From NCBI GenBank assembly GCA_905178155.1, contig CAJINV010000002.1, forward strand, positions 4,326,108-4,390,107: 64,000 nucleotides of DNA, in the 5' to 3' direction. Under the pieces are notes generated by a model. It made no database searches, was not told where the DNA came from, and saw nothing but the letters and a program-made list of their open reading frames with translations. A program made the translations under genes and the position numbers. Every line of letters starts with the position of its first letter. Position 1 is the stretch's first letter. This DNA is from Amoebophrya sp. A120. Taxonomy: Eukaryota > Protista > Dinoflagellata. Shown here piece after piece: positions 26,569 to 39,400 of this stretch.

Positions 26569-29500
26569 ATGAAGCCGAGCGCGCAGCTGCAGCACTGCGG
26601 CGAGCAGGTGGTGGAAGATAACAACACGGGTGTGGCGACCGCGAGGCGCAGCTCCAGCAAGAAAAAGAAACTCAAACTTTTACGAGATCATACCGGACAA
26701 CAGCAACAGCATCAACATCCGATTGATATCGAGATGCAGGATCAAAGGCCGAGCTCCACGCCATCGGGACAAGAAAAAGTTCGAATTGCGCCACCGAAAA
26801 ATGACCCGAGGTGGTCCTCAAGTATGAAAACACCCTCGGGGGCGAAGAAGGAGCAGAGGATTGATATTACAATGAAAAATGCCCCCTCCCCATATCAAAA
26901 CGGAAATCTGTGATGCAGATTTGGGGTCACAAATCAGCTTTGTGATGCTAGAAGGCAAAAGATGCGGACTGTAGTGCTGTCTAGCGTGGGAAATTTTGCA
27001 GCTCCAGGATGACACGAGGCAACTGGAATGGGGAAACAGCATGACAGATTACCTGCAATTTAGGCCGCAGCTTCGTCTCTTGGCCTTCTAGCAATACAAG
27101 TCGATTTGTGTACTCAAATACAGCATCACAAATTCGCGCATCTCCCGTTTCCGATATGGGGTGGGGGCTTTTTTCACTTTGATAATTGAGGACCTGTCCA
27201 CACAAGACAGCTGGTATCCGGCGCCACAACCGCAAGCGAGACCTATCAAATGCAAAAGTGTCCGGGTCTGGAAACTTGTGATGCTGGTTGAGAAAGACGA
27301 GAAAACCTCAATTGACTGCCAAGCATGACAAGTTTTGGAGCTACTACAGTTTTGTCTATTCTGCATGACAAAGCGAGCTTCTGCATGAGAGAAAAGTGGG
27401 GAATTTGGGTCAGGCGCATGACAGACTTAAGAGTCATGTTAGCCAAGCATAACAAACCTTGCATCTTTCCAGACCCAGACATGTTTCCAATGCATAAGAC
27501 CACCCGTACAACATCAGCACCCTCCAGGCTCAATTCCCCGAGACCACAAGACACAGATGAGCTACAGGCCACATACGACAACTACCCAGATAAGGGTCTC
27601 ATCGTCGCAAGAGAGACATGGTTGTGCACCGCCGCCGCCACCACCTCCACCGCAGCAGCATTCGCAATATAATTTTTACACCAGCCGTGAGCACTACAGA
27701 TATGCTGAAGTGGATCAGGAAGCAAACCACGCGATGAAGAAGCACAGAAGCAAGAGTGGAACTGGAAATAACAAAGCGAGAAATATTAAGCCGGGTCAAA
27801 ACAAATTTTTCCAATCCTCATCTTCCAGTTCTACTGCGTCCTCCGGTGCGTTCTCCCGAACCCTGGACGCGTTAGATTTAGATTGGCGGTCGAGCAGCGG
27901 TAATTCGAACGAAAACGAAAACAACGACGGCTCACAGATGATATCAACTGCAAATATGTCTGGGTCTGGGAGACTGCGAGATTTGTCATGGTAGTCTGGC
28001 ATGACTCTGAACTCTGTATTGCGTGGCCGCGAAGAGCTCCTCTTGTCTGTCATGCAAAAGCGCAGTTTTTCACGCGGAGTACGCAACTCAGAACCACGGA
28101 GAAACTTGTCATGCTGGGCAGCGCATTACAGTGTGCTCACTATTCCCTTTCCTGCATCACAAGTTTCCAGACCCAGACATATTTGTACTTGATAGATGAA
28201 CATGATGAACAACGAGGTCCCGGTCCCATACAATCACTATTCCGCCGGCGTGCACTACGCGAACCCAGAGCAGACCCATCAACGGCCACCCAGCCCCGGG
28301 AACAACAACACTCATCAACGTCCACCCAGCCCGAACTCGAGAGAGCACTCTAAAGACTCAGACTCCGGACACTTGCACAGACGCGGAGGGGGCAACAAAG
28401 CAGGTGGAGACAGTAACAAAATTTCGCCCGGGGGCGGTGGCGGGGACGACTCCCGGTCTGAAGGCTCGCACAAAACCGGCACGGACTCCGAGAACAAGAG
28501 ATCGAAATCCCATTCCGATGGCAAGCGGCACCACGGGGGGATCAGGGTGGTGGAAGAGGAGAAGGGGTTCAAAAAACTCACGAAAAAGGGGAAAGAAGAC
28601 GACTGGAAGTACCAAATGGTGTCCAGTCGGAGGTTCGACATCGTCATCGGGTTTGTCATCGTGGTAAACGCGATCTGTATGGGAGTAGAGTACCAGCTCA
28701 GCGACAAACACCTTGAGGACAGCTATTTCATGTTTCAGGTACGAAATTTATTTGCTTAGAATTGTTCTAACTAGTACACATTCAGTTTTCCGATAAGTAC
28801 CAATGCTATTCGACGTGACGCTGACGTCACGCATGACAGTTACTAGCTTTTGTTTTCCTTTTCCTGCAAGTGCAGCAAACGCATGAGATGACAAAAACCT
28901 TTCGGTACCAACAACGAACTCCACAGGTTCTGGACCTTACCTTTCTGATCGTCTTCACCCTCGAGCTTTCCCTGCGCTTGATCGTCTTCGGCATTAAAGA
29001 CATTGTGACGACCCCAATTTACGCGTTGGATTGTTTCATCGTCGCCGCGGGTATGATCACGGAGTTGGCGTTACCGCTTCTCGCGGGGAATTTCATGTCT
29101 GGGAACAAACCTACCGATGAAGACGAAACCATCCGTTTGATCCGCTCGTGCCGGGCGTTGCGCGCTCTCCGTGTTCTCCGCGTGGTCACTCTCGTCGAGC
29201 AACTGTTCGGCGTCGTGGAGCTGTTTTTCTACTCATTACCTCCGCTGTTCTGGACGGTGGTGTTTATCATGATCATCATCTTCCTCTTCACGATTTTCAC
29301 AATTGTGCTGGTTGGCCGAAGTAACATGGGCAACGACCCGCTGATTGTCGAGGCGCAGGAGAATTTTGAAAACACGTCCGTCGCGTTTGTCTATTTGTTC
29401 CAAATCATGACGCTCGACGGGTGGGTGGATTTGGTGCAACCGCTCGGCGAAGGGAACATCTGGACCTACTTCTGGTTCCTACTGTTCATCTCGGTTACAA

Positions 29501-30186
29501 GTTTTTCTTTGATGAATCTGATCACCGTCGCGGTGTTGGAAACCGCGCGCGGGGCGCAGGCGGCGAGAAAGGAGGCGGAGGACATTTCCTCCAAAATGTC
29601 CGCAATCCACGACCTGTACGCCTTTCCGGGGGACGTGGGCGAGACGACCAAGGATTTTTTCGTTTCCAATTGGAAAAATTGCAAAACCTTCGTCTCGGTG
29701 TTTCACCAATTGAATTTAACCGAAGCGGACGCGGGAGGATTTTTCGAGGCTTTGGACCTGGATGGGTCCGGGTCGCTGGATCACTTTGAGTTGTCGACAA
29801 CGTATATGGAACTCGTGACCAACGTGTTGAACACCCCGAGTTTGGTGGCGTTGATCCGTTCGGCCAGTGAATCGGACGAGCGAAGCCGATTGTTAAGATC
29901 CACCATGGAAAGATCCCAAGCGCAGCGCATCGCGGAGGAACAGAAACAGTCGATGGAGCACTTACAGGAGACGATCGAGAGATTCCAAAGGGAGATGTTT
30001 GAACTCCTGCCGGGCATGATACGAAAGGAGTTGACGGGGGTGTCGTTAGACAGCGGAACGCAGGTGATGACGATGAAAAATTCCAATTCCAACGGCGGTG
30101 GACCGATGACGCGAGAAATTTTGAAGGGCGTCGCGCCCGGAGAAGCGGCGAGAAAAACAAACACAGCGCCGGACTTTGTGGTGTAG
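26569..30186 (+). CDS. Single-domain (1x6TM) voltage-gated cation channel with C-terminal EF-hand and coiled coil (~862 aa)
   Basis: S1 RFDIVIGFVIVVNAICMGVE, S2 LIVFTLELSLRL, S4 RLIRSCRALRALRVLRVV, pore FQIMTLDGW, S6 LMNLITVAVLE, EF-hand DLDGSGSLDHFE. Contains 3 introners plus GT-AG intron 28739-28926; 2589 nt in frame. Confidence 0.85.
26865..27184. mobile_element. Introner family H
   Basis: TGAAAAATGCCCCCTCCCCATATC / GATATGGGGTGGGGGCTTTTTTCA; DR ATTGA. Confidence 0.9.
27244..27496. mobile_element. Introner family A
   Basis: Family A TIR; DR AGACC. Confidence 0.9.
27942..28194. mobile_element. Introner family A
   Basis: Family A TIR; DR GATGA. Confidence 0.9.
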
Positions 30187-32897
30187 AGGTAGCGTTGTGC
30201 TGTTTGATTTGCTCTTCTACAAAATAGTATCAGAAAAATAAGTAAGTAATTGCATTTCAATCTTTTTGTAACCAAAATTTGAGTTTTAGTTTTAAGTAAG
30301 TAGCATAAGGCTTTTCATCACCTGGTACCATATTACTTTCTCACAATTCCAAAATGTAGACATACGCGAGACAGAGGAGTGTCACAGCATGCAAAATCCA
30401 TGAGCGCGATTTTACCATTTGTACATTACTAGAAAGCAACAAGAAGAAGTAGAAGGAGAAGCTTCAATTTTGAAAGTTACAAATTCGAGCTGGCGTATCC
30501 CGTCCAGTATCTTCAGCGCAAGTTTCAATCACAGGACAGTACCACCCACAAGGATAAAAAACAAGAAGCAGAAGCTGCATAGAATCCCGATTCTTGTTGA
30601 GTTGGAAATATCATTTTTTCATCTTTCCGTTCGGTTACATAATCAAGAAGCTTAGTGCAAGCAGTTGCCCAGCAGAGCTGGCAGCAAATGCAATTCCAAC
30701 AATCTGAACGCCGTCGCGTCTGTTCGCCCCTCGTCTTCGTTCTCTGTCTTCTTATTTTGTGCCCTTGATTTGTATTTGTAATGAGGGGCAGCTGATTTGC
30801 GCAACGGAATGGCGGCCGTTTGGCGCAACAAAATGGGGGCCGCTCGGGCGGGGCGCGCACTTCTTCCGAAAGCCCTCGGGGCGTTTTCTCTGAAAGCGAA
30901 GGCCCCGCGCCGGTTTGCTGCAGGTTTCTGCGCAATAGAGAGCGGCCGCCGAAGTCCTTCCCGACTCTCCCGAAGGGAGAGAATCGGCGACGCCATTGGC
31001 CGGATCAGGGCGGAGCGCGGTACGCGACGGGGCGCAGAAGAGCGGGGCGCGGGGGGTCGCAGTGAATAATGTGCCGCGGCGGGCTTGGGTTATGTATCAA
31101 GCTGCTGCAGCGTCGCGCGGATCTGGTTGGCGCTGCCCACCCAGCCAGCTCAGCAGCAGGCGGGGGCCCTCGCTTTGCCTTTGGTGCTTTGCGCGGACGT
31201 GGCGCAACGGGGGGGGGCCGGGGGGAAATCGGGAGGGCCCATGCATCCGCACCCGCCCGGGCCTGTCTTTGGGAGGGCCAGCCGCCCGGCGGGCCCGGGG
31301 CCTGTCGTTGCTCCCGGGCGTCACAGCCGCGGCAAAGCTTGGCGACGCCCGAAACGCCGGCGGCAGGCTCTTGCCGCAGCTGCCCCGATGCGGCTCGTTC
31401 GGTAAGGTCTACGAGGCCCGCGGCCCGGCCGGCTGTGTGCCGTTTGCCGCGTACGCCGTAAACGGTCGGCAAAGAAACAGCCGGCGAACCGCCTCGCGCC
31501 CCCCCCCTCCTGGTTGTTGTGTCGCTGATTTACCTCGTGGCCCCCCTGGCTCGCTGGCAAGTTTGCCGGCCCGCCTTACCCGGCCTGGGCACGCAGGCGG
31601 GGGGAGCCAGCTGGGCGGACCGCCCGCCGGCCGGTCTGTCGTTTCTTTCGCTCATTCTATCGAGCGGGCCGCCCCGGAGCAGCCGAACGAAGGGTCGGGC
31701 GAGACAGAAGCCTGCCCGCGCCCACATGGCCGCCCCCGGCTCGGTGCCGCGCGTGCCATTGGCAGGGCCCGGCCACTAGGTCTGTGCATTGCTCGGCCCG
31801 CTTGGAAGGGAGGGCAGGTCGGGGTGTGTAGTGGTTTTGTCTCCGTCGCGCGCCCCTGCGGAAGCGAATGGCGCGGCGCGCGCGTCTCGCGTGTGATGTT
31901 CGCGCGCTGCCGTATTCTTTCATCCCCGCTCGGCTAGCAGCCCGGCTTCAAGGCAGACCGGCGACGGCCCTGCGCAGTGGTAGTGAAATTGAGGCACACG
32001 ACCCGCCCGCTAGTCCTCTGCCATTTTTGGGCGCGGGGGAGTGCATCCACGTAGACGAAAATCATTGAAATGGTTTTCGCTTTCTCGTCTGCAGTTTCGC
32101 CTGTCGTAGAGGCAGCCTGTCGTCGTGTTTTGGAGTTCATTTGTTCATGCTCTCATTGCGGCCCAACTCGCATGTTTGGTTGAAGAGAGGGAGAGGGTGG
32201 CTCGAGAACATCGTGACGAGAGCCTTTGACGAGCGCATATCGTTGATTTTATGTTTGAGCGACTTCATGTATTTCATAAGTACAACTCCTGTGTATAGCA
32301 ATTTGTATGTTGTTCTGTCGTTCGATCAGCAGCAAAAAGTGCTGCTACTTTTTCATCAAGCTAGGACATCGCTCTTAACCACTCATGCTCTGCATCTGCT
32401 GCACCTACAGAAATTGTAGCTCGGTTTTGCGGGGAAGATAGCATCTAGATTTCGTTGATGTAGTGAATGAAAATGTACACTATGCTTGACATGAGGTAGT
32501 TCCAGTTTCTGATTTTTCCGTATACAGCAATAAAAACCTGTAAGATCATTGTTTCCTTGTCCAGAACAAGACAGGATAAAGCTTTTCTGAAAACAAGATA
32601 CGCATTTCTGTACTATTCTCCCGGCGAGTTGAAGAGTCGACACTTTTGTTTCGTCAGTGGAGCACGCTAAAAGAAGAAGGCCGCACGTTCGAGAAACAAC
32701 AACGAAAACCGTCCCGAAAACAAGCCTGGGATTGCGTTTTTAGGTCGTGACCACATTCTACTACCAGCGAGCACAGCATCACTATCACCAGTTACACCAC
32801 CAGCACCTCGAGAGGGAGGTAGGAAACACGCGGCACTTCTCGTCCACTAGTATATACTCGTCCCTCCAGAACTTCTTCTACATCCTCATCATCCATC

Positions 32898-34592
32898 ATG
32901 CCGCCGAAAAAGTCGTCTCCCCGGCGCGGAAAGGCCAAGTCCGACGCGAGTTCAGACCAAGGCACCGTTTCCTACGAAGATGACGGTGCGATCCCGGAAA
33001 CGCAATGCAGATCTACCCAAGTGGTTTTTGAAATCCTTCCTACCTTATCGCCCTTCGAACCAACGGCCAGGGAGAGTTTGCTGCGGATGCAAGAGAAGTG
33101 CGACCAGGAGACGCTAAATCTTTACGATATGAGTACAGGAAAAATTTATTGCTGTTTTGTCTTTGTCATGCATAGAAACGTGTGGGACGAAAGCGAAACG
33201 ATAATGAATGTGGTCGAGGAAAAGGATACTCGACATGTTGAAGGTCGTGATGTCCTTTCACTTCTAAAAGCGAAGATCAAGATTGGCGTTGAAATAGATG
33301 AAGTGATAGACTGACATCCTTTTTCTGTCAGGTGCCGGCAAGTCCGCCTCTGTCGGTGAGCTGGAGAAGGACCAGCAGGACGCCATAATGGAAGACTTGA
33401 AATCCTACACCTCGGAGAAGAAGCGGGTACCCCTTTGGATGCGCGACATAAATCGCAGCGTGTTCGAAACCCTCATCGACTACGAGAAGACGAAGGACAC
33501 GTACTATAGGTTTTTGCATTTTAATGTAGAAGTAGGTGACATTGCTGCTTCCTCTGTCATGCCTGCAAACGCGGCACCAAGAAGGCCTATTTTTGTCATG
33601 CGTAGTCACCTTCTGTTACTCATCTTCAACAATGTGTCGCGAAATGACAAACACGCACCACAGGTACAAAAAGGAAGTGATCTACGGCCTGAACGGGCAG
33701 CCCAAATGCACCGAGCGCGATGACGTGCTGATAATACGACCCACGAGTTTGCCCGAGGAGGCGGGATATCAAGAGCAAATATGTCTGGGTCTGGAAGAGT
33801 GTAACTTGTCACGCTACATCTGGATCGCGAAAAAATTTGTGTTGCAAGATTACCAAAAGTAGTTGTCCGCTCCTTTGAAACAAGTTTACAGGCAGTTTCT
33901 CACTCAGGAAGGGCATGATGGAGATCTTCTCACAGAATCTGTCATGCTAGGCCATGCATGCCAGACCGCGTGGGTCATGGAAAACCTGCATGACAAAGCT
34001 AGCGATCTTCCAGATCCAGACATTTTTGCATTTGATACGGGACACTCGAAGATCCAGACACCCGGGGACTACCAGCTGTACAACGGCATGAGCAAGAACG
34101 CGCTGATATCAGACAGGCTAGAGCGGTTTGGAAAGACGTTTGATACGATCAGGTACTTATGTGGAGGTGGATAGAGATTTGAACGGAAGAACGATGAAAA
34201 ATTTGTAATGCGTACAGCACAACGACAACATTAAACTGTCATGCTTCTAAACTACAACCGTGCAACATGATAACATCATCTCTATCCAACTACACTCCAG
34301 GTACGACATCAAGCGCGAAGTCCGGTTTCGCACGATGGAGGAGAAGCGCGAGGATTACCGGAGGCACGAGCTGCGGCCCAGTCTCGTGGACGGGCAGAGC
34401 CACGCGAAGGAATTTGCGCACGAGGTGCTGGACCAGATGAAGCCGGGTTCGAAGCCCGGCACGGCCACGGCGGAACAGAAAAAAGTCCAGCTGGAGGCGG
34501 ACGCGGTGACCACCGTGCCGTTTACGCAAGCGTATTTAGATGGACTGGTCACTTTGAAAGACAAAATCCAGGTCGGGGCGGCGGATAGGTGA
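32898..34592 (+). CDS. Hypothetical protein (~307 aa)
   Basis: Exons join via GA-AG intron 33139-33331, GT-AG introns 33510-33663 and 34153-34300, and one family-A introner; 924 nt in frame. Confidence 0.65.
33139..33331 (+). other. GA-AG spliceosomal intron
   Basis: ACAG|GAAAAATT...TTTTCTGTCAG|GT joins ORF 32898 to the 33388 frame; GA donors are known in dinoflagellates. Confidence 0.6.
33767..34037. mobile_element. Introner family A
   Basis: Family A TIR; DR CGGGA. Confidence 0.9.
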
Positions 34593-36414
34593 TGATAGAA
34601 GTAGATGGGGTAACTCTACTTGTGGTCGTGGAGGTGTGCATGATGGGAGTGAATGCTTCTGATTGACCTTAATAGCGAGGACTCGTCTTCTGGTCACGAG
34701 AAGGAGTAATGTGCCCTACACATCATATATCGACGCTCGGGCAGAAGCATCTTGCGCAGAAAGTGTCGGACTGCTGCAGCAAAAGATACACAGGCTGCAC
34801 GTAAGGTAGAAGATGTTGTGACCCACGTAGTATGATGATGTTCACTAGCATTGTTCTTTTGTCTACTCTTGGTCTTGTCTGTCTGGCAAGAAAGAGGGAG
34901 AGAGACAGAGAGAGAGAGAGAGAAAGGGCAAGTTCTTTCAAGAGAGGCGAGCAAGCAATTTATCGAAGACGCCGCAAGTAGGAATCATATGGGAAGGCGT
35001 GGCCTTGCCTGCCTGGCCGGTCAGTGGGGCCGGGGCGGTGCCCGGATTGCAGTTCGTTGCGCCTCCGCTGTTGGTTTTACCAGCTGCCCCAAAGATGAGG
35101 CGCGCGCGCCGTCGGCCCTCGAGGCCCGTGCGCTAGCTTGCCCGGATTCAGTGCGTTGGGGCGGGGGCCGTAGCGCTGCGCGTGTGCGCGACGATCCCGA
35201 TCGATGCACCCGGCCCCGGGGCGTCACTCAAGGCGCCCGGACTCGGTCCGCGTTTATCCGGGGCGCCGGCGCAGGCCCTGCGGCCCCTTTGCCTGTCGCC
35301 CTCCCGTAGCTTTGGCGGCCGCTGGCACCGTGGCGGTGGCGACCATAGTCGCAGGCTCTTGTCCGCGCGCCAATGTGTCAAACAGAGCAGCCCACTCTAA
35401 AAAATCAAAGGCGCGGGCCGGCGTTGCCCCTTCTATCTTTGTCGGTCTCCCCCGGGTCGGGGCGGGCGGGCCGGAGCCCCGCGCGCGCCCGCCCCTCTGG
35501 TGGTGCGTGGCCCGCCGCCCCCCCCGGCGCCGGGCCGGCCCTTGTGCGTCTTCGTTCCTTCGCGGCCGGGCATGGTATTCCTGCTTGCGCACCCCTCGGG
35601 GTGTTTCTGGTGGCTTTGTGGATTGTTGATTGATATTTATGAGGCCGGCCGGCCCCTTGCCAGCTAAGCAATCTCTCTGACTGCCGCCGGCCCGGGATCT
35701 AGCCCCCGCCCATTATTTTTCGCGTGTTGTCGCGATGTGGCGTCATGGCGCGGGCCCATTCGTCGTTGTGGCGCGTAGTTGCGAGATAGACTATGGCACG
35801 GGCCGGCGGCCATGTTTTGGGTGCCGTGACTGGCTCACTCTTCTTTTTACCTTTCGGCCCGTGATACATCGATCGAAGGCGAAGCGTGGCCGTCGACAGA
35901 CCCTGTTAGCTCAGGGGGGCCGTTTCCAGTCTTGTTTTCCAGAAGGACCTCGCTAGAATATGAAAATGGGCCAAGAATTAGAACAAGTAATATCTATCTT
36001 CAGGAAGCTGCTCGCTCGCCCCCTCTGTTTTCGCATGCGAGCGTTACATACAAACACAAGAGAGCATGCGCATCGAAATCGATTGTCGGGAGTTTGGCGG
36101 ATTTTTGACATAGACGAAAAATGGCGACAACAGAAAGAGGGCTCAGAGAGCGGGAGCGCACCGACGTCTGTTTGGTTTCAGGTTTTCGTCTTCCCCTGGT
36201 GGCGCTTGCAGAAAGCAGCACTTTTAATGCTCTGCACTTGGTCGTTTTTGTCGTAATCTAATAGCTAGCGCACCAACATCGTGATCGCCACCTTCAGCAG
36301 CGTCGTACTTTGGCAGACAACAAAAAACCGACTCTGATTGTAGGACCTAGGGACGCTCCTGCAGAAAAATCGAAAAATCACAAACTGTCCACAATCACCT
36401 TCACTTACACCACC

Positions 36415-39400
36415 ATGTCCTCCTCCACCTCCGCCGACCAGAAGCCCCCTGCCCCTCCTCCGCCCAAACCGCCAACGCCCCCGACCGCGGCGTCCGCGGG
36501 CGGTAACGACGGTGGCACGGACGAGGAGACCATTTTCCAGCGCAACATCGACAACCACGCCAACGTCACGACCGAGGAGGAAGATGTTAGCGGCGGCGGA
36601 GGTCCACCAGGCCATCATACAGACACCTCTGATTTGGAGGACCAACAAGCCTTCTACGACAGCATCCGCCCGCAAACCACCGCCCACAGCAAGCGATCGG
36701 GGGGTACTGGGAGAAGTAGGAGCCGCGGCAGCATGTTCCCGCCCGCGTCCGCCAGCCGGCCGCAGTCCATCGGCCCGGGCGTGCAGGTCGTCCCGGACAG
36801 CATGCTCTCCACTGCGAACGCCAACATCAACGCTCTGCGGGGCGCCGCACGGCAGTGGACGCTGTTGGCGCTGCACTGGAGGAGGCAGTCTCGGCCGGAG
36901 GTGGCGTTAAGGTACTTGTCAATGGGATTGGCGGAGGCGGAGGCGTTCTTTGAAAAGATGAATTACAAGCTGAAAAGGGAAGAAGACAAGGAAAATAAAA
37001 CCGACGGAAAAGGAGAACAAGCAGATCATGAGCAGGAACTTGATGTTGATCAGGAAAGAACAGAAAGAACAGTAGATGGAGACATCACCATCGCTGGCGA
37101 GAAGAAAATCGAGGAATACACTGGGGAAGAACAGGATCAGGAAGTTCTTGGTGTAGGGACAAGAAGAAACGCGGCTAGTAGTACCTTATCAACACGACGC
37201 GGGGGTGGACCACCGCTTGCCCCGCCGCGGTCATTTTACCCAGAACAAGGAACCACAGACGAAATAGGAACAGCTGCTTCGTTCAACTCCTACTCGCTCT
37301 CTCCGCCCAGATCCTCCCAACTACATAACTCCTCCGGACCCCCGCAGAGTAGAAGTAGAGGCAGGAGCCAAGGCTCGTCTCGTCAGGGTGGTGGCCAAGA
37401 ACAAGCCCAGGGTGGCACTGGCACCAGTCGTGGGGAACAAAAGTGGGTGATTAACCAGAAGCAGATTTCCAAACACCCCTTCCACAACCCGAGACGACCG
37501 GCGTTCTTCAACCCGGAGCCGTTTCGCGCGTCGAAAACCGTCCCGCATCCGTTGGACATCTACTACGAGAACCAAGCGACTATGCAAGAAAGAAACTGTG
37601 TAAGTGTAAATCTGTAATGCAGAACACGCAACGGAGTTACGCCTGTCATGCCAGACAGCTATGAAGTTCTCTTTTCATGTGTGTTCTCCCTCACAAGCCA
37701 CGCATGACAGGTTTTCTCTGTCACGTAGAGCAAACTTGTGATGCTGTCAGCCAAAGATACTTACACTGACACAGTTTTTTTCTTGGATAGCGACGCCAGC
37801 GGGATTACTGCAACATCAGCAGGGATCAAGTTCCAGGACGGGGAGTCGCAGAAGCAGGCTATCCACAGAAAAAAGCCTATCCATTACCATTTCGCATTGC
37901 ATTTTTTTTGCATGACAAAAAACACAGGGAATGCATCCATATGTTGCACGTTTTGCATGACAGAAACAGATTTGATCTTAATGTGGATGGGATTTTTTCC
38001 GGGGATGCAGGCCGGTGAATTTCTACTCCGACGACGCAGCGATTGAACGAGCGAAGGAAGAGAACGCCGCAGCGGGTTCCAGGCCGGGATCGAAAGCCGG
38101 GGGATCGAGATCTACGTCGCGAAGTGGCAGTAGACAGAACGTGAATCCGCCACAGGCACAGCACACGACTTCCCTCTCCGGCTCGTCTTTGATGGAGGTA
38201 GATCACAGGTCCATGTCGATTGAGAAAGACGAGAATTATCCTTCGATCTCCTTGCAGGAACCGTCCAGCACCATTCCCCCCTCCGGCGGCCTACCATCGG
38301 TGGACGAAAATTTTTCCCAGACCATCCGACCGCATTATTTCCAACAAGAGGACAGCTTTCTCCCCCCACCCGGCGCCTCCGCACCCTCCGGACAGTTCTT
38401 CTATCAACAACAACATACGAATACGATCCCGCCCGGGTCGAGTGGAATAAATGGTGCGTTTTACAATTCATCTTCTCCGGACAAACTGCGCTCCAAAACC
38501 GCACCCGCAGACACATCTCCGGTGAAGAAGCCGATGAGTGGTGGGGTCTTCAAACCGAGAAGACCAACCTTTATGCACTGCAAAGAGATGGAGATCGTAC
38601 TAGTATAAATCGCATGACAAATAATGTCCTCAGCATGAGAAATGGAACTTGTATTGTGGGTCTGACTTGACAAAAAAAATTGTGATGCATCATAGCGATT
38701 ACTACGATTACGAAGGTACTTTTGCAATGCATAACCTCCCCCGGGCAGCATTTCGCCGCGGCGAAGCAGATTGAGGGCACGTTGCGAATGAACGCCGCGG
38801 CGATTTTATCGCAAGAAAAAACTGTTTCACTGTAAACTTGTGATGCATAAAATGGAACACAGAAGCATTTGTCTTGCTACACATGCAAGAAAGTAGATTT
38901 TTAGCTGTGTTTTCCCTTAGGAAGCTTGCATGGCAAATTTTCTCTGTCATGCGGAACAAACTTGTGATGCAAAAGTTGCAAAATCCTTACAGTGAAACAC
39001 TTTTTTCCTGTGATAGATTTTGTCGGATTTGAGCGCGTATTCAGGGCAAAACTGTATTCGTACTCGTGCTAAGAAAGAAAGTCTGTTGCAACCCACTGCG
39101 CATGAGAAATACCTAAGCCTACGATGACAAATTCAACTTCTCGGCTTGCCGATAGAATTTGTGATGCAATTTCTGCTCCGCACGATACTTGTGCGATGCA
39201 TAGTCCGTTTGAGGAGTCGAAAGAAGAACTGATGGAAGCGTTGGACTGCGCGGACAACATTTTAGACTATCCAGTGCAAAAATGTCCGGGTCTGCAAGAT
39301 TCCGAGGCTTGTCGTGCTTGTCTGGCATGACCAAAAAGTTTGTGATGCGTGTCCAAGAAGAGACCCTTTTGCCTATCATGCAAAAACGCAGTTTGTCATG

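Noticed and set aside
30996-31937. 313-aa ORF as a real gene
   Set aside because: GC-driven stop-free frame with Arg/Gly/Pro/Ala bias, overlapping ORFs in all frames and no domain.
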